Sequence record: DRR378314_1401
Reading direction: 5' to 3' (one strand)
Length of the DNA: 64,000 nt
Under the pieces are notes generated by a model. It was not told the DNA's origin, searched no databases, and was given only the letters and a program-made list of their open reading frames with translations. Of the stretch, positions 33,565-42,552 are shown in pieces (within the stretch, counting starts at the first letter, position 1; each line of letters begins with the position of its first letter). The position numbers were made by a program, and so were the translations under genes.

Positions 33565-34101
33565 ATGACCCGCTTGATCGCAGGCTTGATCCTGTTCGTA
33601 TTTTTCTCAAGTCAAGCGCAGGCCGCTTCCCTGTTTGGGGAACATGAGGTGTTTGATGCTGCCATTGAAAATAATGTGGAAGGCGTGGAATCCTATCTAT
33701 TAAAAGGCGAGAATGCCAATATCCGTGACAGCTCTCGTGTCCCGCTGATTACCCGGGCGTCGGAGGCGGGCTCGACCGGTGTGGTCGAAAGCCTGATCCG
33801 TAACGGTGCCAATGTGAACCTCACGGATAAACTCGGCAATTCGTCGCTGACGCATGCCGCCGTTCAGGGATACCCGGACATTGTCGAGCTTCTCTTAAAA
33901 GCCGGAGCCAAGGTTAATGAGGAAAATAACCAGGGCGAAACCCCTCTGATCAAAGCCGCTCAGCAGGGGAACCTGGATGTGGTCAAACTCCTGCTTCAAT
34001 ATGAAGCCGACAAAGGCCGAACCGACTTTACCGGCCGGACGGCCCTGGACCATGCCAGTGAAAACCGGCAAAGAAGCGTTGAAAAGCTTCTCCGCCGGTA
34101 A
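33565..34101 (+). CDS. Secreted ankyrin-repeat protein
   Basis: Signal peptide, then about four ankyrin repeats (G-T-PL-x-AA-x-G...LL-x-GA-x-VN). Confidence 0.9.
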   Translation: MTRLIAGLILFVFFSSQAQAASLFGEHEVFDAAIENNVEGVESYLLKGENANIRDSSRVPLITRASEAGSTGVVESLIRNGANVNLTDKLGNSSLTHAAVQGYPDIVELLLKAGAKVNEENNQGETPLIKAAQQGNLDVVKLLLQYEADKGRTDFTGRTALDHASENRQRSVEKLLRR

Positions 34102-34121
34102 TTTTTCAAACTAAACAGCCT

Positions 34122-34802
34122 TTAAGGGGCTTCAGCGTTTTTCAGGGCATCTTTAAGTGCCTGTGCCGCCGGGCTGTCCACGCTTCTCAGGATCACGATA
34201 TTACGGGCCGTTACCGGTTTGCCGTAATAAGCCTCCTGCCAGTCGTCTTTGGCATCCAGCAAAGACCCTTCAACAGAAGCCCCGATAAACAGACCTGCTG
34301 TCTTGGCAAAGGAAAACACATCAACATCCATATTTGTCGTAGAAGACGCGCCGATGTTTTTGCCAACCGGACCAACTGCTGCACTTAAATCACCGCCCAG
34401 TTTAACCTGGTTTTTGATAATGGCATCAAGCCCTTTATCAGTCATGATCAACAGAACAAGTTCCTTGGCTTCGGCCCCGATTTGCAGGCCAACACTGGCC
34501 TGTCCCATGGTATAGAAAGCTGGTGAACTCCACAGACCCTGATCACTTCGGGCGAGCAATACGCCTGTCCCACCTGCACCGCCAACAATAAAGCCGGCCT
34601 TCAGGAACTGAGGAAAAATCACCACACCTTTGGCAACCGCCAAAAGCCTGCGAAACTCAGCCATTTCCGTTTGATCTTTTAAAGACTCGATCGTCAGTTT
34701 GGCTTTGTCGACAACCTGTTGTTGCTCATTTGCCGCCTGCGCCGATAGAGCAGGAAGCAGCATCAGCGCTCCTGCAATCAAACCTGCTATCACTCTTTTC
34801 AT
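34122..34802 (-). CDS. Lipid-binding SYLF/Ysc84 domain protein
   Basis: Signal peptide; KAGFIVGGAGGTGVL, SVGLQIGA and GLFIGASVEG motifs. Confidence 0.9.
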   Translation of the reverse strand: MKRVIAGLIAGALMLLPALSAQAANEQQQVVDKAKLTIESLKDQTEMAEFRRLLAVAKGVVIFPQFLKAGFIVGGAGGTGVLLARSDQGLWSSPAFYTMGQASVGLQIGAEAKELVLLIMTDKGLDAIIKNQVKLGGDLSAAVGPVGKNIGASSTTNMDVDVFSFAKTAGLFIGASVEGSLLDAKDDWQEAYYGKPVTARNIVILRSVDSPAAQALKDALKNAEAP

Positions 34803-34941
34803 TTTAACGCCTTTATCCGTTTGTCAGCAGAATGCTAAAAAACTTATCGTTATCCATTTTGCCCTGCAAAGCCGCAGAACAGAAACATTTTATTGTAATT
34901 TCAAGTCAATCCCATAAATGTGACGTTATTAAGATGCTTGT

Positions 34942-36018
34942 GTGATACGCCTTATAGTCCAATCCTGGGGTCAACGACAGGGAAAGCCAGTGCTGAAAAA
35001 AAACGCCAATCAGGTCGGTGCAGATAGACAAAAGCCCTATCACCACCATAAAGGCCGATTTCGCAACCTGCCGAACCACGATTTAAAGCGTCCAGCGCGC
35101 AAAACCTATCTGTCCTTTATCATGCGGATGATGCGCTACAGCCGTGAAGTGGTAAACATCCCCGAAGGTCATGTGATTGAGCCCGATAAAGCCGCCCTTC
35201 ACATGCGCCAGGCCCATAACAGCCAGGAAGATACACTCACCTGGTTGGGCCAGGCCTCTTTTCTTCTGCGCATGGACGGCAAAACCATTCTGACTGACCC
35301 GTATTTATCCAGCCATGCCTCACCAACGACGTTTGCCGGGCCGAAACGAATTGTAAATTCCGGGGTCCGGCTCACTGACCTTCCTGATATTGATTATCTG
35401 GTCCTGTCACATAACCATTATGACCACCTGGACAGCCGGACCATCCGCAAACTTCGGGACCAGCCGAACATGACGGTTATTGTGCCCCTTAATCTTGGGC
35501 GATATTTCCATCGGCGCGGCTTTCAGAATGTGGTTGAGATGGACTGGTGGGATGAGTTTCACCTGGATGACTTGAAAATTACGGCTTTGCCATCCCAGCA
35601 CTGGTCCAAACGCTCCCCATTTGATCGCAACAAAAGTTTGTGGGCGTCTTTTGCCTTTCATGGCAGCCAGAACCGCGTGTTTTTCACCGGCGATACTGGC
35701 TACGGCTCCTTATTCCAGGAAATCGGGGAGCGATATGGTCCTTTTGACTATACGCTTGTCGGGATCGGCGCTTATGAGCCACGAGAGATCATGAAGGCTC
35801 ACCACACCTCCCCCGAAGAAGCCGTTCAAATTGGCAAAGACGTCAATAGCGAACATTTGGTGGGTATGCATTGGGGAACTGTCAGGCTGACGGATGAGCC
35901 TCTGTTCGAGCCGCCGGGACGTTTCTTGCAAGCCGCAGAAAAAGAAGGCTATGATACAGAGAAAATCTGGATCATGAGCATCGGAGAGAGCCGGATACTC
36001 GACTCAAACAAAGGGTGA
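34942..36018 (+). CDS. MBL-fold hydrolase, NAPE-PLD/RomA-like (start uncertain, possibly 34990)
   Basis: TWLGQAS, SHNHYDHLD, QHWSKR, FFTGDTGY and GMHWGT motifs. Confidence 0.9.
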   Translation: MIRLIVQSWGQRQGKPVLKKNANQVGADRQKPYHHHKGRFRNLPNHDLKRPARKTYLSFIMRMMRYSREVVNIPEGHVIEPDKAALHMRQAHNSQEDTLTWLGQASFLLRMDGKTILTDPYLSSHASPTTFAGPKRIVNSGVRLTDLPDIDYLVLSHNHYDHLDSRTIRKLRDQPNMTVIVPLNLGRYFHRRGFQNVVEMDWWDEFHLDDLKITALPSQHWSKRSPFDRNKSLWASFAFHGSQNRVFFTGDTGYGSLFQEIGERYGPFDYTLVGIGAYEPREIMKAHHTSPEEAVQIGKDVNSEHLVGMHWGTVRLTDEPLFEPPGRFLQAAEKEGYDTEKIWIMSIGESRILDSNKG

Positions 36019-36036
36019 GCGGCCAAATTTTACCAT

Positions 36037-37359
36037 ATGACACTTGCCCCCCCGCTTGAGGATCAGGCCGAAAAGGAAACTCTCTTAAGAGCGTCCAGTG
36101 GCGTGCGCCTGCAATCGCTGATCTATATTCGCTGGCTGGCAATCCTTGGCCAGGCATTTGCCATTTTCCTGGTGCATGTCGGTTTGGGGTATGAATTGCC
36201 CCTTGTTCCGGCCTCTCTTTTGGTCAGTGCCAGTGCCATCCTCAATATTCTGGTCTCTACCAGCTCCCGGCCGGCAACCCGTCTTTCTGATCGGGGGGCC
36301 ATCTTATATCTGTTCTATGACGCCTTACAGCTGACCGGGCTTTTATATTTAACGGGTGGGCTCACCAATCCGTTTTCCTTGCTCTTTCTGGTGCCGGTGA
36401 CAATCTCGGCAACAAACCTCTCGTTAAAAGGCACGGTTTTTCTTGGTTTGACGACAATCGTTGCCATTTCTGTACTCGCCCTGTTTTATGAGCCACTGCC
36501 CCTTCCGGCGGGGGAAATTATCCTTTCAGACACGTATATTCTGGCGATCTGGTCTGCGCTCGTCCTTGGAACCGTGTTTTTGACGACTTATGCGTGGCGA
36601 ATTTCTTCGGATAGCCGCCGCATGACCGAAGCCCTGACCGCCGCCCGGTTTGCCCTGGCACGGGAACAGCAACTCTCCGCCATTGGCGGGATCGCCGCCG
36701 CCGCCGCTCATGAACTGGGAACTCCTCTGAACACAATTCTGCTGGTCTCCGAAGAGCTTTCAAAAGACCTGCCAGAGGGAAGTGATGAGGCTGAAGACGC
36801 CCGGCTTCTCTACACCCAGGCCAAAAAATGCGCCGAAGTTCTGGAGCAGCTTTCCACAAAACCCGATACAAAGCGCTTCCTGCAAACCGATGCCTATCAC
36901 AATTACCTCCCCCTTCAGAGCCTGATCGAACTGGTTTCGGAACGGCTGAGAGACAAAGGAGCTGAGATTATCATCAACACCATGGGGGATACCACAGAAC
37001 AGCCAAAACTCTATGCCACCCCGGAATTGCTGTACGGGCTTGGCAATCTGGTCAGCAATGCTGCTGAATTTGCCGAAAATCTGGTCACAATCACCCTGGA
37101 CTGGTCAGATAGTCAGGTCCAGATAACCATTCAGGATGATGGCCCGGGCTTCAGCGATGAAATCCTTGATCATCTGGGAGAGCCTTATACCTCAAGTCGA
37201 AGCGGTCATGGCGGGATGGGACTGGGCGTTTTTATCTCCGACATGCTGATTACCCATTCCGGCGGTCACCTGAATATTGGAAACGCAAAATCCGGCGGTG
37301 CCCAGGTTGTGATCAACTGGCCGCGCAGCCGCCTTGAAAAGGTTGACCCCTACCTATAA
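36037..37359 (+). CDS. regB: Redox-sensing histidine kinase RegB/PrrB/ActS
   Basis: Six-TM sensor with GGLTNPF, H-box AAAAHELGTPL, redox Cys (KCAEVL), DDGPGF and GMGLG motifs. Confidence 0.96.
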   Translation: MTLAPPLEDQAEKETLLRASSGVRLQSLIYIRWLAILGQAFAIFLVHVGLGYELPLVPASLLVSASAILNILVSTSSRPATRLSDRGAILYLFYDALQLTGLLYLTGGLTNPFSLLFLVPVTISATNLSLKGTVFLGLTTIVAISVLALFYEPLPLPAGEIILSDTYILAIWSALVLGTVFLTTYAWRISSDSRRMTEALTAARFALAREQQLSAIGGIAAAAAHELGTPLNTILLVSEELSKDLPEGSDEAEDARLLYTQAKKCAEVLEQLSTKPDTKRFLQTDAYHNYLPLQSLIELVSERLRDKGAEIIINTMGDTTEQPKLYATPELLYGLGNLVSNAAEFAENLVTITLDWSDSQVQITIQDDGPGFSDEILDHLGEPYTSSRSGHGGMGLGVFISDMLITHSGGHLNIGNAKSGGAQVVINWPRSRLEKVDPYL

Positions 37360-37430
37360 ACTGCCGGGATGAGGCGTTTTTAAGCTAAGCTGGATCCCAA
37401 TGTGGGGCCGGCGCGCAATGGAGTTCTCAT

Positions 37431-37961
37431 GTGATGGATGAAAATCGCCTATTGGTGGTCGATGATGATGAGATTTTCCTCAATCGTCTGGGCCGGTCCT
37501 TGGAAAAAAAGGGATTTACAACAACCCTTGCCAACAGTGTTGCCGAAGGGCGGCGCCTTGCGGGTGAAGTGCGTCCCCAATATGCGGTTGTTGATTTACG
37601 CCTGGAAGACGGCAACGGCCTGGAAATTGTCGAGGCGATCCGCAAAGTTAATCCCGCCGCGCAAATAGTCATGCTTACCGGGTATGGTAATATTGCCTCT
37701 GCTGTCGCTGCGGTGAAAGCCGGGGCAATCGATTATCTGGCAAAACCTGCCAATGTGGATGACATCGTCAATGCGCTCTATGCCCGCCAGGGCCAAAAGC
37801 CGGAACCACCAGAAAATCCCATGTCGGCAGATCGGGTCCGGTGGGAGCATATTCAGCGGGTGTACGAGTTGTGTGATCGCAATATTTCCGAAACAGCCCG
37901 ACGGCTGAATATGCACCGCCGAACACTGCAGCGGATCATGGCCAAAAGATCGCCGCAATAA
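37431..37961 (+). CDS. regA: Response regulator RegA/PrrA/ActR
   Basis: Invariant C-terminus PPENPMSADRVRWEHIQRVYELCDRNISETARRLNMHRRTLQRI. Confidence 0.98.
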   Translation: MMDENRLLVVDDDEIFLNRLGRSLEKKGFTTTLANSVAEGRRLAGEVRPQYAVVDLRLEDGNGLEIVEAIRKVNPAAQIVMLTGYGNIASAVAAVKAGAIDYLAKPANVDDIVNALYARQGQKPEPPENPMSADRVRWEHIQRVYELCDRNISETARRLNMHRRTLQRIMAKRSPQ

Positions 37962-38758
37962 TGACGGCAGCAAAGACCCATCATCAGCTTATCTGCGGCG
38001 ATGCCACCGAACACCTATCTGAAATAGCGGCAGATTCCATTGATCTGATTGTTGCTGATCCGCCTTATAATCTGGGGAAAAATTACGGAAATAATCTCGA
38101 CCTGAAAGAGCGGGAGGAGTATCACGGTTTTACCCTGGCCTGGTTGACACAAGCCAATCGAATTCTCAAACCGGGCGGGTCTTTATTTTGCTTTATGGGC
38201 GTCAAATACATTGCCCGCTTATATGTCGCGCTTGAAGAAGATCTCCATATGATGCCGCAGGGCTGGATTACCTGGCATTACACCCAAGGGATGGGCCGCA
38301 AAAAAGGGTTCTCCCCTCGCCATGAAGATATTCTCTGGTTTTCTAAAGGGGCAGAGGCCACATTTAACTTGGATGAAGTGCGCATTCCCCAGAAATATTA
38401 TCGCAAACGCAATAATATGCAGGGCGCAAATCCAGGCGATGTCTGGCAGTTCAGCCATGTTCATTACTGCGCCAAAGAACGGCAACCCCATCCCACCCAA
38501 AAGCCCGAAGCACTGATTGAGCGGATCATCGCATCCGCATCCAATCCGGGGGATCTGATTTTGGACCCGTTCCTTGGCAGTGGCACAACGGCCCGGGTTG
38601 CCAAGATCCTGAACCGAAATTCCATTGGGATTGACGTTAATCCCGACTATATCGAAATGGCCAAAGCCCGCCTGGATGACCCATTTGACGGGTTTGACAG
38701 CATTGATCCCCGCAAAGACAGATCGCCAAAGGACCAACCCACTAAAACGCCTGCCTGA
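37961..38758 (+). CDS. Orphan N6-adenine/N4-cytosine DNA methyltransferase, beta class, YhdJ-like
   Basis: DPPY comes before HPTQKPEALIERII and DPFLGSGTT. 265 aa, no CcrM C-terminal domain, no adjacent endonuclease. Confidence 0.92.
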   Translation: MTAAKTHHQLICGDATEHLSEIAADSIDLIVADPPYNLGKNYGNNLDLKEREEYHGFTLAWLTQANRILKPGGSLFCFMGVKYIARLYVALEEDLHMMPQGWITWHYTQGMGRKKGFSPRHEDILWFSKGAEATFNLDEVRIPQKYYRKRNNMQGANPGDVWQFSHVHYCAKERQPHPTQKPEALIERIIASASNPGDLILDPFLGSGTTARVAKILNRNSIGIDVNPDYIEMAKARLDDPFDGFDSIDPRKDRSPKDQPTKTPA

Positions 38759-38779
38759 ACCTTATGGAACCCATTTAAC

Positions 38780-39445
38780 TCAGGATGCGGCTCCCTTTTT
38801 GAGAGGGCGCAGGCGACCAATCAAACCGAGCACCAAAAGCCCCGCGGCGTAAAGCGGAAAAGCCGCCGGAAGCGGTACAGAGGATACGCTCAGGTTGGAA
38901 AATTCGAATGAATTATTCTGGGATCTGAATATGATTTTGTCAAAAGGCACAGCTGTAATAGAGATTTGGACAAAACCATCCCCTTCGGTGGCGCCTAAAT
39001 TCAACACATCATCGCTGTTCAAATAGTCAACGGCAGTGTTCCCATTATAAAAGAGAACCCCTTGACCGGCATCGACAGATCCCCAGAGAAAACTGACGCT
39101 TGTATAAGTGTGTATGAACTCATATGTGGCCGATCTATTCTTTCCAACATTGGTATATTTTGCACCCTGTTGAGTTTCGTGATCCCAATAAAGCGTATCA
39201 ATCCAGGGCGAAAGATACTTGGATTTATCGCCGTCCGTACCGGTAATCCCTTGCAACACTTGCCCCGCATCTGAGCCGATAGTGTCCACCGAACTATAGA
39301 CTATGTGCGGTAAAACCGTTGTCGGCTCGTTAAAGTTCAAGCTGAAGGTCGCTGACCGGGCTGTTTGCGTGCCCAGCAAGCTCGTCAGAAATATCCCAAT
39401 TAAAACTTTTGAGACGCCATTCATCATACTGATCCACCCTGTCAT
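38780..39445 (-). CDS. VPLPA-CTERM (exosortase-targeted) surface protein, paralog 1
   Basis: Signal peptide; Ser/Thr-rich beta domain with FLWGSVD; C-terminal VPLPAAFPL, TM helix and basic tail. Confidence 0.9.
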   Translation of the reverse strand: MTGWISMMNGVSKVLIGIFLTSLLGTQTARSATFSLNFNEPTTVLPHIVYSSVDTIGSDAGQVLQGITGTDGDKSKYLSPWIDTLYWDHETQQGAKYTNVGKNRSATYEFIHTYTSVSFLWGSVDAGQGVLFYNGNTAVDYLNSDDVLNLGATEGDGFVQISITAVPFDKIIFRSQNNSFEFSNLSVSSVPLPAAFPLYAAGLLVLGLIGRLRPLKKGAAS

Positions 39446-39515
39446 TTATCTAATAGACAGTCGGATGCGGCTTTTTGTGAGGCGCTGCGGTATTGTGCGG
39501 ATAATACCACCCAAG

Positions 39516-39543
39516 AAAAAAGGCGGTCGAAACCGACCGCCTT
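39516..39543 (-). terminator. Intrinsic terminator between the two VPLPA-CTERM genes
   Basis: Minus strand AAGGCGGTCG-GTTT-CGACCGCCTT followed by a T run. Confidence 0.85.
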
Positions 39544-39628
39544 ATAATCTAAATAGCTGGTAAACAAATATTTTTACAATTTACGCAACTTCATACTGAA
39601 TACACTACTGTTACTTTCAGGGTGAAAA

Positions 39629-40228
39629 TCACCCTTTTACGCGACGCATACGCCCAACCCAACCAAGTACCAAAATTCCAGCTGCGTAAAGTGGAAGAGC
39701 AGCAGGAAGCGGTACGGCAGATACGCTCAGGTTGGCAAATTCGAATGAATTGTTTGGTGACATGAAGACGATTTTGTTGAAAGCGGACGCCAGGATAGAG
39801 ATTTGCACAAATCCTTCACCAGCGGTAACGCCTGCACCCAAAACATCATTACTATTCAAAAAATCAACTGCTGTGGTGCCATCATAGAAACCAATCATCT
39901 GATTTTCGTCCACAGACCCCCAAAGAAAGCTGACGCTTGTATAAGTCTCAGCGAACTCATAAGTCGCGGTTGAATCACCCCGAACAGCCGTATATTCCTC
40001 ATTCGGTGTCGATGTCGTATCCCATGGCGATTTATAATAGGAATCCACCAGGTCAGAACCGACGAGATTTTCATGCACCGTGCCGGTATGTGAATCATAG
40101 TCAATCATCGGCGTAATGGATGCCGGCTCACTATAATCCAGAGTGAAAGTTGCTGACCGGGCGGACTGTGCGCTTAGGACTGTCAGTAGAAAAATACCAA
40201 TTATTACTTTAAATACGCTATTCATCAT
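39629..40228 (-). CDS. VPLPA-CTERM (exosortase-targeted) surface protein, paralog 2
   Basis: Signal peptide; SVSFLWGSVD and NNSFEFANL; C-terminal VPLPAALPLYAAGILVLGWVGRMRR. Confidence 0.9.
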   Translation of the reverse strand: MMNSVFKVIIGIFLLTVLSAQSARSATFTLDYSEPASITPMIDYDSHTGTVHENLVGSDLVDSYYKSPWDTTSTPNEEYTAVRGDSTATYEFAETYTSVSFLWGSVDENQMIGFYDGTTAVDFLNSNDVLGAGVTAGEGFVQISILASAFNKIVFMSPNNSFEFANLSVSAVPLPAALPLYAAGILVLGWVGRMRRVKG

Positions 40229-40477
40229 TTTTTAACCATCCCGTCCTTCCGTAGGAGACTTCCCGGATAGACTTGTTGATACACGACTTAAGATTTGAGG
40301 CAAGTATCCCTCTCAGATCATTAGCCGCAAGGGGAAAATTTTGGTTCAATTTTCGGAAAATTCTCGTTTTTAGTCTAAATATCTGAATTATATAGTATTT
40401 TTGTGTTTTACGGCACCAAAACACCGATCAACACTCATTATAGTCGGGTTTCAGAACCCCCTGAAAGAAGTTCAAAC

Positions 40478-40495
40478 ATACCTCAAATGAGGTAT
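40478..40495. promoter_or_regulatory. Perfect 8-2-8 palindrome, NarL/LuxR-family-like operator
   Basis: ATACCTCA-AA-TGAGGTAT in the AT-rich divergent intergenic region. Confidence 0.5.
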
Positions 40496-40563
40496 ACGTA
40501 ATTATTAACAAATTACGAATCAGATTTTGCGATAATTTAATTAAAATTATAGACAGCCATTTC

Positions 40564-40578
40564 TTAAAACTGTTTTAA
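40564..40578. promoter_or_regulatory. Candidate CtrA binding site
   Basis: TTAA-AACTGTT-TTAA (TTAA-N7-TTAA), about 55 bp upstream of the glycosyltransferase start. AT-rich context raises the chance-match rate. Confidence 0.45.
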
Positions 40579-40633
40579 AGAATAAGACTTAAAAAGAAAT
40601 TCACGGCAATTCTGGATCAATCAAGGGGTGGGG

Positions 40634-41875
40634 ATGAAGGTCCTGTTTCTGCATAATAATTTTCCCGCACAATATCGCCATGTTGCGCGTGAACTGGCCC
40701 GGGATAAAAGAAACAGGGTGGTTTTTGCCTCCCACCGGGCTGTTGAACGCATACCGGGCGTTGCCAATCTGGTTTATAAACCCCATCGGGACGCCCGAAA
40801 AGAAACGCATCATTACTTACGGTCCACCGAAACCGCCGTTATCAATGGCCAATCCCTGTTTCGTGCAGCAATCGAATTGAAGGAAAAAGGGTTTGTGCCA
40901 GACATCGTCTGCGCCCATTCCGGCTGGGGTCCGTCGCTTTATATAAAGGACGCGTTTCCCAATTGCCGGCTCCTGAGTTATTTTGAATGGTATTATCATG
41001 CCAGGGGCAGTGATGCAGATTTTTTGAACGACGCAAAGCTTAGTTTTGATGATCAATCCAGGATCCGGACCAAAAACCTTCCCCTGCTGATGGATCTTGC
41101 CCATTGCGACTGGGGTCAGGTCCCCACCCAGTTTCAGCAGTCCCAGTTTCCGGATATCTTCAAACCAAAACTTTCCGTCCTGCATGACGGGGTTGATACG
41201 GACTATTTTAAGCCGGATCCGGCAGCACGCTTAAAACTGCCAAATCTCGACTTATCAGATGCGCCGGAAATCCTCACTTATGCAACTCGAGGCATGGAGC
41301 CTTATCGCGGATTTCCTGAATTTATGAAAGCCGCCGCGATCCTGATGAAGCAACGGCCGAACCTGCAAGTGGTTGTCGTTGGGGAGGATCGTGTTGCCTA
41401 TGGCAAAAAACTGCCAAAAGGGGACAGTTATAAAAAACGCATGCTGGCAGAGCTGGATTTTGATGAAAACCGTCTGCATTTTACCGGTCTTCTTGCCTAT
41501 CGCGATTACCTGAAGGTTCTGCAGGCCTCAACCGTTCAGGCATATTTAACCGTTCCTTTTGTTCTGTCCTGGTCGCTGATTGAATCGCTGGCGTGCGGGG
41601 CATTGGTTGTCGCCTCTGACACCGCCCCGGTTCGAGAGGTGATCAAAGACGGAGAAAACGGGTATCTCACAAATTTTTTTGATGTGAAAGCGCTGGCTGA
41701 TCGACTGGCCTATGCACTGGATCATCATAAAGACCTGGACCATATCCGAAAATTCGCACGGGACACGGTCACTCAGAACTATGCCCTTAAAGAGCTGCTT
41801 CCCCGGCAAGTCCGCTTGATCAAGGATGTCGCAAGCGGTATCCTGCCGCCCAAAGAAGGTGTTTTGACCGACTAA
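40634..41875 (+). CDS. GT4 family glycosyltransferase (ExpC-like)
   Basis: MKVLFLHNNFPAQY, HSGWG, RGMEPYRGFPEF and YLTVPFVLSWSLIESLACG motifs. Confidence 0.9.
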   Translation: MKVLFLHNNFPAQYRHVARELARDKRNRVVFASHRAVERIPGVANLVYKPHRDARKETHHYLRSTETAVINGQSLFRAAIELKEKGFVPDIVCAHSGWGPSLYIKDAFPNCRLLSYFEWYYHARGSDADFLNDAKLSFDDQSRIRTKNLPLLMDLAHCDWGQVPTQFQQSQFPDIFKPKLSVLHDGVDTDYFKPDPAARLKLPNLDLSDAPEILTYATRGMEPYRGFPEFMKAAAILMKQRPNLQVVVVGEDRVAYGKKLPKGDSYKKRMLAELDFDENRLHFTGLLAYRDYLKVLQASTVQAYLTVPFVLSWSLIESLACGALVVASDTAPVREVIKDGENGYLTNFFDVKALADRLAYALDHHKDLDHIRKFARDTVTQNYALKELLPRQVRLIKDVASGILPPKEGVLTD

Positions 41876-41970
41876 CCAATATCTTGTCTGCTGGATTTGC
41901 AGGTTTACAACAGATATTGGAGGGGGATAACACCGGACACCCTGTCCTTTCAGTTAAGGAAACACCTGTT

Positions 41971-42549
41971 TTGGATCCAAAAACCTATTTTGACACTGAG
42001 CTGCAAGATCATGCCGAGGTGTTGGCGGCAACCCGCGACACCCTGCTAGCACCGTTCCTGCAAATGCTGGATATTTGGCATACCAGTGTCACAAATGGCG
42101 GAAAAATCCTGTTTTTCGGAAATGGCGGCAGTGCTGCGGATGCCCAGCATCTGGCGGCGGAACTGGTTGTGCGCTTTATTAACGATCGGGCCCCAATAGC
42201 AGCAATTGCCCTGAATACGGATACCTCCGCCTTGACGGCCGGGGCCAATGATTTTGGATACGAAGATGTCTTTGCCCGGCAAATCGATGCCCTTGGCATG
42301 CCCGGAGATGTCGCCGTCGGGATCAGCACATCCGGAACCAGCCCGAATGTGGTCAAGGCGCTGAAACTCGCCAAATCCAAGGGGTTAGTGCCAACCGCGC
42401 TCACCGGCCGGGATGGCGGCGTAATGACCGAGCTGGCCGACGCCGCCTTGATCGTACCGGCAACTTCCACCCGGCGGATCCAGGAAATGCATATCACCCT
42501 GGGTCATATGCTTTGCGGGGCGCTGGAACAACGCCTTGAACTGGTATAA
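41971..42549 (+). CDS. gmhA: D-sedoheptulose 7-phosphate isomerase
   Basis: GNGGSAADAQHLAAELV, GISTSGTSPNV and RIQEMHI motifs. Start uncertain (TTG 41971 behind AAGGA, or 41884). Confidence 0.94.
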   Translation: MDPKTYFDTELQDHAEVLAATRDTLLAPFLQMLDIWHTSVTNGGKILFFGNGGSAADAQHLAAELVVRFINDRAPIAAIALNTDTSALTAGANDFGYEDVFARQIDALGMPGDVAVGISTSGTSPNVVKALKLAKSKGLVPTALTGRDGGVMTELADAALIVPATSTRRIQEMHITLGHMLCGALEQRLELV

Positions 42550-42552
42550 AGG

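Noticed and set aside
37961..38758. ccrM, or part of a restriction-modification system
   Set aside because: Too short, lacks the CcrM DPPYNLQL context and C-terminal domain, and has no neighbouring endonuclease.
39466..39480. RegA box upstream of VPLPA paralog 1 (GCGGC-N5-GTGAG)
   Set aside because: The second half-site deviates from GTCGC; too weak to call.
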